64,000 nucleotides of DNA from Bdellovibrionales bacterium (GCA_965217115.1 OZ244239.1:1216001-1280000); one strand, 5' to 3'; counted from the first letter of the stretch, positions 11,513-21,843 are shown. Numbers and translations are program-made. Notes: generated from the letters alone by a model not told the origin.

Positions 11513-12247
11513 TCAAAAAACGTCTTCTAAAGAATAAAGTCCTCGCTTCTTTTGAGAAATAATCCAAGAGGCCGCTCGCAAAGCTCCTCTAGCAAAAACT
11601 TTTCGATCAGTGGCCCTGTGTTCAAAACTCAAGACCTCTTCTTCCCCCAAAGCCAAAACAACGTGTTGACCTATATCCTCCTTCTTTCGAGTGGAAAAAA
11701 TCGGAACATCTTTCTCTTTTGCTATTTCTTTTAACTCCTCTTGTAACATCAAAGCCGTTCCACTGGGGCTGTCTTTTTTTTCTGTATGATGGCTCTCATG
11801 TATTTGAAACTCAAACCCTGAAACAAGAGACAGCCCTTGCAACGATTTCTTTAGCGCCGCAACCCCTAAACTCATGTTCGGTGCCCAAAGAATTCTTGTT
11901 TTTTGAGCCCATCGATTGATCTCTTCCCAGTTCTTTTTACTAAACCCCGTCGTTCCACTAACAACTGGAATCCCTGTTCGGGCCGCCCACGCCATTGCTC
12001 CCATAGAAACCTCAACGGACGAAAAATCTATTAAAACATCCACCGAATCTTTTTCAATCTCCAAACACTCAATCTCCTTGAGGTTTTTAAAATAATATTT
12101 AAATCCTAATTTCTCGTTACGACCAATTCCGAAAATTAAACTCCATTTTTTTTCTACACAAGCCAGCTCAGAAATTAATTGTCCCATTCGGCCACTGGCC
12201 CCTATAACTCCTAGTTTTATTTTCTCACCTTCCACTTTCTCTTTCAT
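11513..12247 (-). CDS. dapB: 4-hydroxy-tetrahydrodipicolinate reductase
   Basis: GASGRMG, IDFS, VSGTTG, ESHHTEKKDSPSGTA, FARGAL; ATGA overlap with dapA stop. Confidence 0.95.
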   Translation of the reverse strand: MKEKVEGEKIKLGVIGASGRMGQLISELACVEKKWSLIFGIGRNEKLGFKYYFKNLKEIECLEIEKDSVDVLIDFSSVEVSMGAMAWAARTGIPVVSGTTGFSKKNWEEINRWAQKTRILWAPNMSLGVAALKKSLQGLSLVSGFEFQIHESHHTEKKDSPSGTALMLQEELKEIAKEKDVPIFSTRKKEDIGQHVVLALGEEEVLSFEHRATDRKVFARGALRAASWIISQKKRGLYSLEDVF

Positions 12248-13128
12248 AATCGCTTCCATTGATTTAACTCTTTACGTAAATCAGATACGTATTTTTGGTC
12301 TAATTCGACCAGTGGTAACCTCACCTCTGGTGTAGGAATAATCCCCATAAGATACATCGCCATTTTTAAAGGCACAGGATTAGACTCAACAAACAAACTC
12401 TTAATTAGTCCTTGTGCCATTTTAAACTCCTCGTCTGTCTCTTTTCCGTTGGGATCAGCCATCCAAGACTTTATTTCTCTTGGAAAAATATGGGATAAAA
12501 CAGAAATAGCCCCATGCCCTCCTTTGCGCAAGAAAGGGACAAGAGTTTCATCGTCGCCAGAGAGGACTAAGAATCCATTGTTTTTTTCTGCTAAACCAGT
12601 AAATGGTTCCACCCGTGATAAATTGCCCGTCGCGTCCTTTACGCCTACAACATAGGGATTCTTCGCCAATTCTTTAATCGTCTCCATATCTAAAGTAACG
12701 CCTGTCCTTCCCGGAACGTCGTAGAGAATAATGGGCCCCTGAACACTCTTGGCCACTTCACTAAAGTGGGCTAGCAACCCTTTTTGAGAAGGTTTGTTAT
12801 AGTAAGGTGTCACAACCAACACTCCGTCTGCTCCCCAGTCTAAAGCTCGACGGGAAAAATTAATTGTACAGCTCGTGCTGTTACTTCCCGTCCCAACAAT
12901 CAAGGGAACTCTATCCTGAGCCACCTCTCTCACAAGATGAAAAATCTGTTTTTTTTCATCCAAAGACAATGTTGACGACTCTCCCGTTGTTCCTAAAATA
13001 ACAAAACCATTCACTCCATCTTTTATCTGATTTTCTACTAGCTGAATAAGGGACTCTCGATGAATCACGCCATTTTCAAAAGGCGTGATCAACGCCGTAT
13101 AAAGACCTTTTTTTATTTCAAATTCCAT
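12244..13128 (-). CDS. dapA: 4-hydroxy-tetrahydrodipicolinate synthase
   Basis: TALITPF, GTTGES, TPYYNKP, LYDVPGRTG, GVKDATG, SGDD, NPVPLK. Confidence 0.96.
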   Translation of the reverse strand: MEFEIKKGLYTALITPFENGVIHRESLIQLVENQIKDGVNGFVILGTTGESSTLSLDEKKQIFHLVREVAQDRVPLIVGTGSNSTSCTINFSRRALDWGADGVLVVTPYYNKPSQKGLLAHFSEVAKSVQGPIILYDVPGRTGVTLDMETIKELAKNPYVVGVKDATGNLSRVEPFTGLAEKNNGFLVLSGDDETLVPFLRKGGHGAISVLSHIFPREIKSWMADPNGKETDEEFKMAQGLIKSLFVESNPVPLKMAMYLMGIIPTPEVRLPLVELDQKYVSDLRKELNQWKRL

Positions 13129-13943
13129 TCGCCACCCTCTTTATCTTCATACTGAGCAGAACCCACCATCTCAATCCGTTCCTCTCTAAAGACAACTTCA
13201 ACCTCTCCTCCAGGCAAGCAAACAAGCACCTCTTTCAACTTAACATTTGGTTCTAAAGACTGTTTATAAGCCACCGCTGCCGCCACCGCTCCCGTCCCGC
13301 AGGCAAGTGTGAAATTTTCAACTCCTCTCTCAAAACTGATCGATTTAATTTTGTTTTTTTCCTGCTTTTTAAAAAAAGTAACGTTAGCTCCATTGGGTTT
13401 AAAACTTTCACTGTTGCGACAGAAAAAGGCCAGTTCAAAATCCTCTCTATGTTGCTCTTCATTAATAACAAAATGAGGCACTCCTGTATTTACCCAAAGC
13501 CCTCTAATTTTTTTTTCTTTCCATAAAATACCATGCTCTCTTTCATAAACAACTATCGAAGGCATTTGTACTCGTATTTTATCCAGCCCATCTCTATGCA
13601 GCACAACGACACCTGCAAGAGTTTGAAGACTTATCTCTTTCCACTGAGGCTCTCTATCAAAGTAGTATTTCCCCATGCATCTTGCCGCATTTCCACACAT
13701 CTCTGCTTGAGAGCCATCTCTATTATAAAAATCCCAGATCACCTTTTTCAGACCCTCTTTTTTGAAGAAAAAAAATCCATCTGTTTTTTTCTTTACATCT
13801 CTCTCTTGAGAAAGAAGAAAACCCCTCACCCAGTCGCCACGTTTTCCCCACGCTGGAAGGTTTTGTCGTGAAATGCTTAATTGGCGCTTATCTTCATCAA
13901 TCAACACAAAAGAATTTCCAGCCCCTGACATTTTTATTGGCAC
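13113..13943 (-). CDS. dapF: Diaminopimelate epimerase
   Basis: KMSGAGNSF, EMCGNAARC, NTGVPH, ERGV..TLACGTGA. Confidence 0.95.
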   Translation of the reverse strand: MPIKMSGAGNSFVLIDEDKRQLSISRQNLPAWGKRGDWVRGFLLSQERDVKKKTDGFFFFKKEGLKKVIWDFYNRDGSQAEMCGNAARCMGKYYFDREPQWKEISLQTLAGVVVLHRDGLDKIRVQMPSIVVYEREHGILWKEKKIRGLWVNTGVPHFVINEEQHREDFELAFFCRNSESFKPNGANVTFFKKQEKNKIKSISFERGVENFTLACGTGAVAAAVAYKQSLEPNVKLKEVLVCLPGGEVEVVFREERIEMVGSAQYEDKEGGEWNLK

Positions 13944-13945
13944 TG

Positions 13946-14143
13946 CTATATATTCCTCTGTTTTTCTTTGGTCTCAGTCGTTCGCTCCATCTTTTTTAGT
14001 TTTTTATCTTCTTTCTCCTGAGAAGAGGATTGATCCGCTGGCGTTAATGGCGGAAGAGGTTTCCCTTTGACTCCACAACCACTCAAAAACACAAGTGCCG
14101 ATAGCCTTAGAATAACAAAAAACCTCTGTTTGCCTTTGTACAC
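13946..14143 (-). CDS. Small lipoprotein, LptM/LppL-like
   Basis: LSGCGVKGKPLPP matches the CGxKGPL-type motif; position upstream of dapF. Confidence 0.7.
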   Translation of the reverse strand: MYKGKQRFFVILRLSALVFLSGCGVKGKPLPPLTPADQSSSQEKEDKKLKKMERTTETKEKQRNI

Positions 14144-14154
14144 AAATGTCTCCT

Positions 14155-14187
14155 AAAAAAAAAGCGACAACCAAGGTTGCCGCTTTT
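14155..14187 (-). terminator. Intrinsic terminator
   Basis: Minus strand GCGGCAAC-CTTG-GTTGTCGC stem followed by T9. Confidence 0.8.
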
Positions 14188-14219
14188 AGAAAAACTTCTT
14201 ATCTTCCTTTAACTCGCTA

Positions 14220-14792
14220 CTATTTACCGCGACGGGAACTTTTCAAGTTAATTTTAACTTTTCCAAATTGACCGGGTTGGATGCTTTTTATCATCCCATT
14301 AATGGGAATCTCTTGAGGGTTAATCCATACCTCAGAATTCTCATTCTTATCTAAATCGCGAATTTTGAGATAGATAGAGCGGTACGTTCCGGCTGGAACA
14401 GTCACTTCAGCTTCTTTTTGCTCGACAATTTCAATATTGCTATCAGGGACCTGCTCTTCTTTTCCATTCACAATAAGCTTTAAAATAGCACCTGTGTTAG
14501 GGTCCATTAATATTTCAACTTTTACTTTTTGAATTTTTAAATCCATATCTTGATCAATCCAAAAGCCCTCTGCCACTTCTTCGCGAACTGACATCTTCAT
14601 CGTCCCTTTTATGATACCCATGTCTAAGTCGTATTCGTTCGTGTCTCCAACAACAAGGTTAAGCCCCTGAGTCTCTGCATTAGAAAGAGTTGATTTTTGA
14701 AAAGAGACAACCATTTCTTCTAAAAAATTTGGCATTGCAGACACTTGAATCGATACAGATGCAATCAAGGTCGCCACTAACATTTTAAACAT
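14220..14792 (-). CDS. Secreted hypothetical beta-rich protein
   Basis: Signal peptide ending VSA; VTVPAGTY motif typical of DUF3108-like proteins; AAGGAG RBS. Confidence 0.65.
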   Translation of the reverse strand: MFKMLVATLIASVSIQVSAMPNFLEEMVVSFQKSTLSNAETQGLNLVVGDTNEYDLDMGIIKGTMKMSVREEVAEGFWIDQDMDLKIQKVKVEILMDPNTGAILKLIVNGKEEQVPDSNIEIVEQKEAEVTVPAGTYRSIYLKIRDLDKNENSEVWINPQEIPINGMIKSIQPGQFGKVKINLKSSRRGK

Positions 14793-14984
14793 TTTAACTC
14801 TCCTTAGTTATTTTTTATTCAAACAAGCATGAACTCATAAAGGCTAGCACATAAAAAACAATTCAGAGAAAATATATTTTTAAAAGAACTTCTTCAGAGG
14901 CTATTAACTGGACTTTTGCCTAGACTTTTTTTTGCAGAGAGAGTTTGTCCACAGAGGAATCTTTTTGTTTTTTTAAAAACTTCA

Positions 14985-17333
14985 TTATTTAGAGGCATCA
15001 TAACCATTAACAAGAACTTGGCGTGGCTTGCTGCCTTGAGCTGGACCCACGACGCCCTCTTTTTCAAAAATTTCTATAAGACGAGCTGCTCTTGGATAAC
15101 CGATGCGATATTTTCTTTGTAGAAGAGATGCACTGACATGTTTTAAAGAAGATATCTCATCCAAAACACGGTCATACATATCATCTTGATCAAACCCCTC
15201 TGATTCAAAACCAAAATTCTCTTCGTCAGGTGCTCCCGATCGACCCTCTAAAACTCGAAGAATTTTGGGATCATACTCTGGTTCACTCTGATCAGACCAA
15301 AATCGAGTGATCCGAGATATCTCCTTATCCGACAACCATGGCCCGTGATGCCTTCTCGGCTTAGAAAGCCCTGGTGACAAAAACAACATATCCCCTTGAG
15401 CCAAGAGTCTCTCAGCTCCTGAATCATCTAAAATAATTCTTGAGTCCATCTTACTCGCCACTTTAAAACTAACTCGTCCTGGAATGTTTGTCTTAATCAA
15501 GCCCGTAACAACATCCTTCCGTGGACTCTGCATGGCTAAGAATAAATGAATTCCAGCAGCACGAGCCTTCTGTGCCAAGCGCACCACTTGATGCTCAATG
15601 TCCGCTTTCTCTACAGACATTAAATCTCCAAACTCCTCTACGACGACAACAATATAAGGCTGAGGTGTGTAGTAGTACTGCTGTAAAACCTGCGCTCCGT
15701 TTTCAGCCATCTCGGTATTTTTCTGCTCGTGTTCTTTCATTTCTTTACTTGGTAAATCACCAACGACATCATTAAACTCTTCTATTTTTCGTACACCAAA
15801 ATTTTTCAAAGATCTGTAACGTTTCTCCATTTCATTAACAACCCAGCGTAAAGCAATGACAGCTTTTTTTGCTTCGTATATCGGAGGCATTAGTAAATGC
15901 GGTAGTTTCTCAAACGCTGCTAAATCCACTTGCTTGGGGTCTATCATAATCAAACGCATCGTCTCCGGAGAGTGACGCATAATTAAACCCGTTATACACG
16001 ACACCGTAAAAACAGATTTTCCAGACCCCGTAGACCCAGCGACAAGCAAATGAGGCATTTTTCTAAAATCGACAACTTGTATCTCTCCGTTCGCCTGACG
16101 CCCTAAACATAGAGGCAAAACCATGTTTTCACTCCAAAAAATTTTTTCTGCTAAAACATCTTTTAAATAAACGATCTCTCTTGTCGAATTAGACGTCTCT
16201 ATTCCCACGACATCGCGTCCTGGAATTGGAGCTATAATTCTCACCGACTCACTACTCAAAGCTAAAGACAGGTCATTCTCAAGTTTAGTGATTTTCGAAA
16301 CGGGGACATTCACCTCTGGCTTAAACTCAAACATTGTTACTGCGGGACCTGTTCTAATCGCAACAACCTCTCCCTGCACTGAAAACTGCTCTAGCTTGTC
16401 AGAGAGTAAGTGGGCTTTCATTTTTACTTCTTTTTCATTTACCTTAACCCCAGAGAGTGGAGGGTCATCCAAAAGATCCAATTTAGGCATCATCCAGTTA
16501 GCCACTTTTTTAGGTGTTTTTGTTGTTAAACGCACCTTTCTTTTGCTTGTTTTTTTCTTCTGGAAAAAAATCTCTTTCCCTGAAATCTCTTCAGTGATTT
16601 CGTCTTCTTTATTAAACTCAATATCATCTTCAACTTCTCCCAAAAGAGAAGAACTCTTTTCCTCTTTCTGTCCATTTACTTCCGTCTTCCTTGTCCTAGA
16701 AAACCAAGATTTAATCTTAAAATAAGTAACTTTAAAAAAAGATCTCGTTCTTTCAAAGCCAAAATCCATTGTTTCAACTCTTTCACTCATCCAATAAAAT
16801 AATTTAACAAAAAACCTCACAAAGTCTAATAACGTCCTCTGTGTGTAGAAAACAATTAAGACGAGGGCAGCACTCCATAAAACAACTGAAACTCCAATAA
16901 AGTTAAATGCCTTTATCATCAGCTGAGTGACAAGAAACCCTAAAACTCCGCCCACTGAAATAGGACTGTTAAATATTTTTTCTTCTGGATAGTAAAGAGA
17001 CATCAAACTCGCCAAAACAAGTATTAACAGAGTTCCCCAAAAAAACTGCATTTTATGGAAAGCGGCCTCTTCTCCAGTGAAACCCTGAAGAGCCATTCGT
17101 AAACAAGCAAAGACCACCACCCAAGCCGCCAACCCAAACCCTTGATAGAGAAGGTCCGCTAAAAAACTCCCCACATAACCACAGTAGTTGCTCACTTCCA
17201 CATTATAACTGGCTGAATTCAATGAGGGATCTGAGGCTGCGTAACTCCAAAGGGACAAGCCAACAAAGACAGCTAAGCTTAGCCAAAGAATCCCTTTTAT
17301 ATCATTGCCAAACTTCCTCAAGATGCCGTTCAT
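14985..17333 (-). CDS. ftsK: DNA translocase FtsK
   Basis: N-terminal 4TM domain, PHLLVAGSTGSGKS, RLAQKARAAGIH, gamma domain SASLLQRKYRIGYPRAARLIE. Confidence 0.97.
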   Translation of the reverse strand: MNGILRKFGNDIKGILWLSLAVFVGLSLWSYAASDPSLNSASYNVEVSNYCGYVGSFLADLLYQGFGLAAWVVVFACLRMALQGFTGEEAAFHKMQFFWGTLLILVLASLMSLYYPEEKIFNSPISVGGVLGFLVTQLMIKAFNFIGVSVVLWSAALVLIVFYTQRTLLDFVRFFVKLFYWMSERVETMDFGFERTRSFFKVTYFKIKSWFSRTRKTEVNGQKEEKSSSLLGEVEDDIEFNKEDEITEEISGKEIFFQKKKTSKRKVRLTTKTPKKVANWMMPKLDLLDDPPLSGVKVNEKEVKMKAHLLSDKLEQFSVQGEVVAIRTGPAVTMFEFKPEVNVPVSKITKLENDLSLALSSESVRIIAPIPGRDVVGIETSNSTREIVYLKDVLAEKIFWSENMVLPLCLGRQANGEIQVVDFRKMPHLLVAGSTGSGKSVFTVSCITGLIMRHSPETMRLIMIDPKQVDLAAFEKLPHLLMPPIYEAKKAVIALRWVVNEMEKRYRSLKNFGVRKIEEFNDVVGDLPSKEMKEHEQKNTEMAENGAQVLQQYYYTPQPYIVVVVEEFGDLMSVEKADIEHQVVRLAQKARAAGIHLFLAMQSPRKDVVTGLIKTNIPGRVSFKVASKMDSRIILDDSGAERLLAQGDMLFLSPGLSKPRRHHGPWLSDKEISRITRFWSDQSEPEYDPKILRVLEGRSGAPDEENFGFESEGFDQDDMYDRVLDEISSLKHVSASLLQRKYRIGYPRAARLIEIFEKEGVVGPAQGSKPRQVLVNGYDASK

Positions 17334-17439
17334 ACTTACAATTTACGAGACTACTTGAAGGAAGGAAAGGACGAAGATCGAGAGCTTGACCTAAGTGAAG
17401 TCTATGGTAAAGAAACCTTATGAATGTCCAGGTCTATCA

Positions 17440-18078
17440 GTGTTGAAAATAAATGAGATTTTCTACAGCATTCAAGGGGAATCTTCCTATTCTGGACTTC
17501 CAACCGTTTTTGTTAGAACAACAGGGTGTCATCTCCGCTGCACCTACTGTGACACGACCTACTCCTACTATGAAGGAACAAAATACGATTCCGATAAAAT
17601 CATCGAACAAGTTCTTTCCTATGGGACTAAATACGTTTGCATTACAGGGGGGGAGCCTCTCTTACAAGAAGACGTCTTTAGCTTAATGACAGAGCTCTGT
17701 GATCACGGGCTTGTCCTCTCACTCGAAACCAGCGGATCTATCTCTTGTGAAAAAGTTGACCCACGGGTAAAAATTATTTTAGACATTAAAACCCCAGACA
17801 GCGGAGCTGAGGGCTGTTTCCTGTTGGAAAACCTCAATCTTTGTAATGTCAATACCGAAATTAAATTTGTTATTTGTTCAGAAAAAGATTGGCTCTGGTC
17901 AGTGGAATTTTGCAAAACCCATCAACTATTTGAAAAGTTTATTGTTTTATTCAGCCCCTCTTTTTCAGAAATTGACAACCAGTGGCTTGCAAAAAAAATT
18001 CTTTCTAAAAAACTAAATGCAAGGTTGCAATTACAGCTTCATAAGTATATTTGGTCACCTGAAACTAAAAGTGTATGA
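17440..18078 (+). CDS. queE: 7-carboxy-7-deazaguanine synthase (radical SAM)
   Basis: EIFYSIQGE, CHLRCTYCD, TGGEPL, QLHKYIW. Confidence 0.9.
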   Translation: MLKINEIFYSIQGESSYSGLPTVFVRTTGCHLRCTYCDTTYSYYEGTKYDSDKIIEQVLSYGTKYVCITGGEPLLQEDVFSLMTELCDHGLVLSLETSGSISCEKVDPRVKIILDIKTPDSGAEGCFLLENLNLCNVNTEIKFVICSEKDWLWSVEFCKTHQLFEKFIVLFSPSFSEIDNQWLAKKILSKKLNARLQLQLHKYIWSPETKSV

Positions 18079-18146
18079 ACAATTTCAACATGCAAAAGCA
18101 CCGCCGCTCTGACTTTTCACAAATAAAAGCATGTTTAGGAGCAGCA

Positions 18147-18446
18147 ATGACCCCAGACCTAAATATTTCCGATAACCTCCTCGTTGCCAATTTAAAGTCT
18201 GTCAGCCTAGAAAGACTCGTTAAGAGCAAATTGAAGGTTTTCTTCGATCAACAAAAAAAGACGAACGTTGAGCTCAACGGAGTCTATTCCTTCGTACTTG
18301 AACAGGTTGAAAAACCCTTAATTGAACTCGCTCTACAGGCCAGCAACGGCAATCAAGTCCGAGCAGCTAACCTCCTTGGAATTAACCGCAACACTTTAAA
18401 AAAGAAAATTGATACTTACGATATCTCTGTGCATAAGAGCCCTTAA
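18147..18446 (+). CDS. fis: Fis-family helix-turn-helix DNA-binding protein
   Basis: VLEQVEKPLI...GNQVRAANLLGINRNTLKKKI; AGGAG before ATG 18147; 99 aa. Confidence 0.75.
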   Translation: MTPDLNISDNLLVANLKSVSLERLVKSKLKVFFDQQKKTNVELNGVYSFVLEQVEKPLIELALQASNGNQVRAANLLGINRNTLKKKIDTYDISVHKSP

Positions 18447-18640
18447 AACAAATAAAAGCACCTAAGTTCAGTAGTTTACCCCCTGATTTAGTGTCTTTCA
18501 AGGGGATGGAATTTTTTGAACCTTTTTCAATGAATTCAGTGGGACAAATGAAATTGTCGATGTTGCTTCAAATTGTCTCATAAATCGTATAAGTTCTTTT
18601 TGTGCATTTAAGGATGCACCTTATTGGCGAGGAGGAAGCC

Positions 18641-20077
18641 ATGGGCGCTCAAGTTCCACCACAATCATTAGAGGCTGAAGTCTCTGTTCTTGGAGGCCTT
18701 CTTCTCGATGAAGATGCCTTTGATGAAATTAGCGATCTCATCACTCCTGAAGATTTTTACAAACCCTCCCATCAAATTATTTATCGAGCCATTTGTGACC
18801 TTAAACACAACCGCCAACCCCTAGATTTAATCACTGTTTCTAACTATTTAAAGGAACAAAAAAAATTAGAATCTATTGGTGGCACTCAGTATGTTCTAGA
18901 CGTGGTTGATCGTGTTGTCAGCTCGGCCAATATTACCAATCACGCTAAAATCATTACTGATAATTCCCTACTTAGAAAGCTTATTTCCACCAGTTCAAAA
19001 ATTGTTGAGCGTGCTTACAATCAAGAATTTACAGACATCACTAGTTTTATAGATGAAGCCGAGGCCTCTGTCTTCAAAATTGGAGAAAAGGACAAATCCT
19101 CAGGGCTCATCACTGCCATGGAAGCTGTTCGTGGAAGCATGATTAAAATTGAAGAGCTTTACGGAAATAAGCAAGAGACGACGGGGATTCCCACAGGTTT
19201 TCATGAGTTTGACAACATGACGGCTGGTCTGCAAAAAGGCGAACTCATTATACTCGCCGCTCGTCCTTCCATGGGAAAAACAGCCCTCTCTCTTAATATG
19301 GCCCTTAACATGGCCCTTAGAGAAAAAAAGAATGTGGCCTTTTTCTCCTTAGAGATGGGAAAAGAAGCCATTATGATGAGGTTCTTAGCCCAACAAGCTC
19401 GAATTAATATGGGAGATCTACGCATTGGTCGAATCTCTGATAATAAGTGGCCTGAACTCATCAACGCAGCTGGTGAGTTGAGTGAATCAAGTCTCTTTAT
19501 TGACGACACCTCTGGACTCAGCCCCTTTGAATTAAGAGCAAAGTGTCGACGCCTGAAAGCTCAGCATAATCTCGATGTCATTGTCATTGATTACCTCCAA
19601 TTAATGCGCATGAAAACCAAAGTCGACTCCCGTGAAAGGGAGGTTGCTGAAATCTCTGGGCGACTAAAAGAGTTAGCCAAAGAACTTCAGATTCCAGTGA
19701 TCGCTCTTGCCCAACTCAATCGAGGTGTGGAAGGAAGAACCGTGAAACGGCCCATGCTCTCAGATTTAAGGGAATCAGGTTCTATTGAACAAGATGCCGA
19801 TTTAATTATGATGCTCTATCGTGAGGAGTACTACGATAAAGAGGACCCTGAAAAAAGAGGAACTGCTGAGTGTATTATTGAAAAACATCGTAACGGCCCA
19901 ACAGGGACTGTGAAACTGACCTTCGATGCTCGATTTGGTCTTTTCCAAAATCCCCAAACAGCCCAGCGCTCAAATTATTCCGCGGGACCGCTGACCCATG
20001 AAACTAATCTTTCCACAGCAGATAGCTCCGGAAAGCAAAGCAAACCCAAAAACTTTGCACCTGACAGTGAACTATAG
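18641..20077 (+). CDS. dnaB: Replicative DNA helicase
   Basis: PPQSLEAE, AARPSMGKT, IDYLQL, SDLRESGSIEQDAD, KHRNGPTG; GAGGAGG RBS. Confidence 0.98.
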   Translation: MGAQVPPQSLEAEVSVLGGLLLDEDAFDEISDLITPEDFYKPSHQIIYRAICDLKHNRQPLDLITVSNYLKEQKKLESIGGTQYVLDVVDRVVSSANITNHAKIITDNSLLRKLISTSSKIVERAYNQEFTDITSFIDEAEASVFKIGEKDKSSGLITAMEAVRGSMIKIEELYGNKQETTGIPTGFHEFDNMTAGLQKGELIILAARPSMGKTALSLNMALNMALREKKNVAFFSLEMGKEAIMMRFLAQQARINMGDLRIGRISDNKWPELINAAGELSESSLFIDDTSGLSPFELRAKCRRLKAQHNLDVIVIDYLQLMRMKTKVDSREREVAEISGRLKELAKELQIPVIALAQLNRGVEGRTVKRPMLSDLRESGSIEQDADLIMMLYREEYYDKEDPEKRGTAECIIEKHRNGPTGTVKLTFDARFGLFQNPQTAQRSNYSAGPLTHETNLSTADSSGKQSKPKNFAPDSEL

Positions 20078-20079
20078 TT

Positions 20080-20526
20080 TTAGCTTCGCTCAACGTTTAT
20101 TTTAATATCACCCTGAAGGCCTTCTCCCAACTTTATATTTGCCTTGTGTTGCCCTAAAAGACGTATTGGCTCCTCAAGAAAAATATCACGCCGATCGACA
20201 ATCATTCCCATCTCATCTAATTTTTCAGAAATATCAAAGTTTGTGATCGAACCGAATATTTTGTCTGATTTTTCTCCCGCATCCACTTTAAAGGTAATAT
20301 CCACTTTAGCTAGTTTAACCAAAAGCTCCTTGCGTACACTGAGCATCTTCGTTTTTTTTATCTCAGCAACTTGTTGCAGGTGCTTAAACTCTTTAACTTT
20401 GGCTTCCGTTGCTTCAGCAGCCAGCCTTCTCGGAAACAAAAAATTTCGTGCATAACCTGAGGACACATTGCAAAGATCGCCCGCTTTTCCTAAATCCTTC
20501 ACGTCTTCTTGTAAAACAACTTTCAT
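20080..20526 (-). CDS. rplI: 50S ribosomal protein L9
   Basis: MKVVL.EDV..LGK.G...V..GYARNFLFP, FGSIT. Confidence 0.97.
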   Translation of the reverse strand: MKVVLQEDVKDLGKAGDLCNVSSGYARNFLFPRRLAAEATEAKVKEFKHLQQVAEIKKTKMLSVRKELLVKLAKVDITFKVDAGEKSDKIFGSITNFDISEKLDEMGMIVDRRDIFLEEPIRLLGQHKANIKLGEGLQGDIKINVERS

Positions 20527-20538
20527 AATTTCTCTCTC

Positions 20539-21417
20539 CTATTTTAGTAATTCCTTAATTTGTAATTTTTTTCTAAATTCCAACCAAAAATCAACCACTC
20601 CAACTAAAGTCACCCCCACAAAAAATTGAGTCACAATAAAAAAATAAGCCAAGTATTGCCACAAAACGCCTATTCTCTTTACAGCAAAAAAAGTCGCTAT
20701 AATAGCCACCCCCTGCCAAAAAAACAATGCCACAAGGATGTTTAAAATATTTATTGATACAATCTCAACCGCCTTCATCTCAAAGTTCTTAAAAGACAAA
20801 AGAAAAACCACCATTAAAACCCAAATAAACAGGTCTGGCATTTTAAATTCCAATGGAGACGGATGAGACACTCCCTCTCTCTGCTTTCCAAGCCACTTTA
20901 ACAAGCGCCCCTCCAAGACCAAGGAAAGCCCAAGAGCAAATATCAACACCACCACAAAAATCGATGGCAACTGCTCTAAAACGACCTCTGACTCTATCTG
21001 TACCTTTGGGTTAATCTGTTTTATTTGCAAAACAAACTGTCCAACCTGTTCTGAAGCCACATCTATAAAAGATTGCCAACTAAATCCATGGAAAATCAAT
21101 TGTAAAACTCCGCCCATCAAAAGCCCAACCATAACAGCAACAAATCCTGATATAAAAAAGTCTCTCCCCTTGCGTTCTTGCTCACAAAAAATAATCGAGA
21201 GGGATGCTAAAGCTAAAAAAACCGTTGCCATGGGCCACATATCGAGCAACATCATAAGTGTAACGATCATTCCCGTCATCAAACAAAACTTTTTCCAACC
21301 AAGAGAAAAGCTCAGTGTTCTCAAGGGAGCTGCCCCTAAAACCACTGTCATCGAAGACAGAATCACGGCCAACAAGACACTTAAGGTCAGGCGCAGCCGA
21401 TCAGAAGGTGTTTTCAT
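20539..21417 (-). CDS. YybS/DUF2232 family membrane protein
   Basis: Multi-TM protein between rpsF and rplI; FWQG and GVVDFWLEFRKK motifs. Confidence 0.75.
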   Translation of the reverse strand: MKTPSDRLRLTLSVLLAVILSSMTVVLGAAPLRTLSFSLGWKKFCLMTGMIVTLMMLLDMWPMATVFLALASLSIIFCEQERKGRDFFISGFVAVMVGLLMGGVLQLIFHGFSWQSFIDVASEQVGQFVLQIKQINPKVQIESEVVLEQLPSIFVVVLIFALGLSLVLEGRLLKWLGKQREGVSHPSPLEFKMPDLFIWVLMVVFLLSFKNFEMKAVEIVSINILNILVALFFWQGVAIIATFFAVKRIGVLWQYLAYFFIVTQFFVGVTLVGVVDFWLEFRKKLQIKELLK

Positions 21418-21839
21418 TGCCTTCTTTGACGTTTTTGTTTAAAATTCTCTTCCCGCTCTTTTTCTGCCTTAAGCGCTTCAACGAGACACTCTTTAAAGTT
21501 ATCAACAAATTTCTTCAAATCTGTCTCTTCTTCCAAACGAGTGTGCATCACACGAAGAACACGGTCGTTAATTCCCATTGTTCTTTCAAGTTCTGCCACA
21601 GCCTCTGGCTCTGCCATAAATGTTGTGTGAAAATAAATCGAATTGCGAATTTTTTTCACATGGTTCGCCAAGCGGCGACGGCCCCAGGAATCAACATGAT
21701 TCACCGAACCATTAAAAGACTCAACGATTGCCTTGTTTTTTTGAAAAAGCTCTTTTTGCTGATCTTCTGTTGCGTCTGGATGCATCAAAATGACAGCCTC
21801 ATAGGGTCGAACTACTTTTGGGTGGGTTACAAAATCCAT
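21414..21839 (-). CDS. rpsF: 30S ribosomal protein S6
   Basis: RPYEAVILMHPD, WGRRRLA, ELER...NDRVLR. Confidence 0.95.
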   Translation of the reverse strand: MDFVTHPKVVRPYEAVILMHPDATEDQQKELFQKNKAIVESFNGSVNHVDSWGRRRLANHVKKIRNSIYFHTTFMAEPEAVAELERTMGINDRVLRVMHTRLEEETDLKKFVDNFKECLVEALKAEKEREENFKQKRQRRQ

Positions 21840-21843
21840 TAAA

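Noticed and set aside
18641..20077. Inteins in DnaB (also considered for GyrA and GyrB)
   Set aside because: Lengths are ordinary and no intein splice-junction or LAGLIDADG motifs are visible
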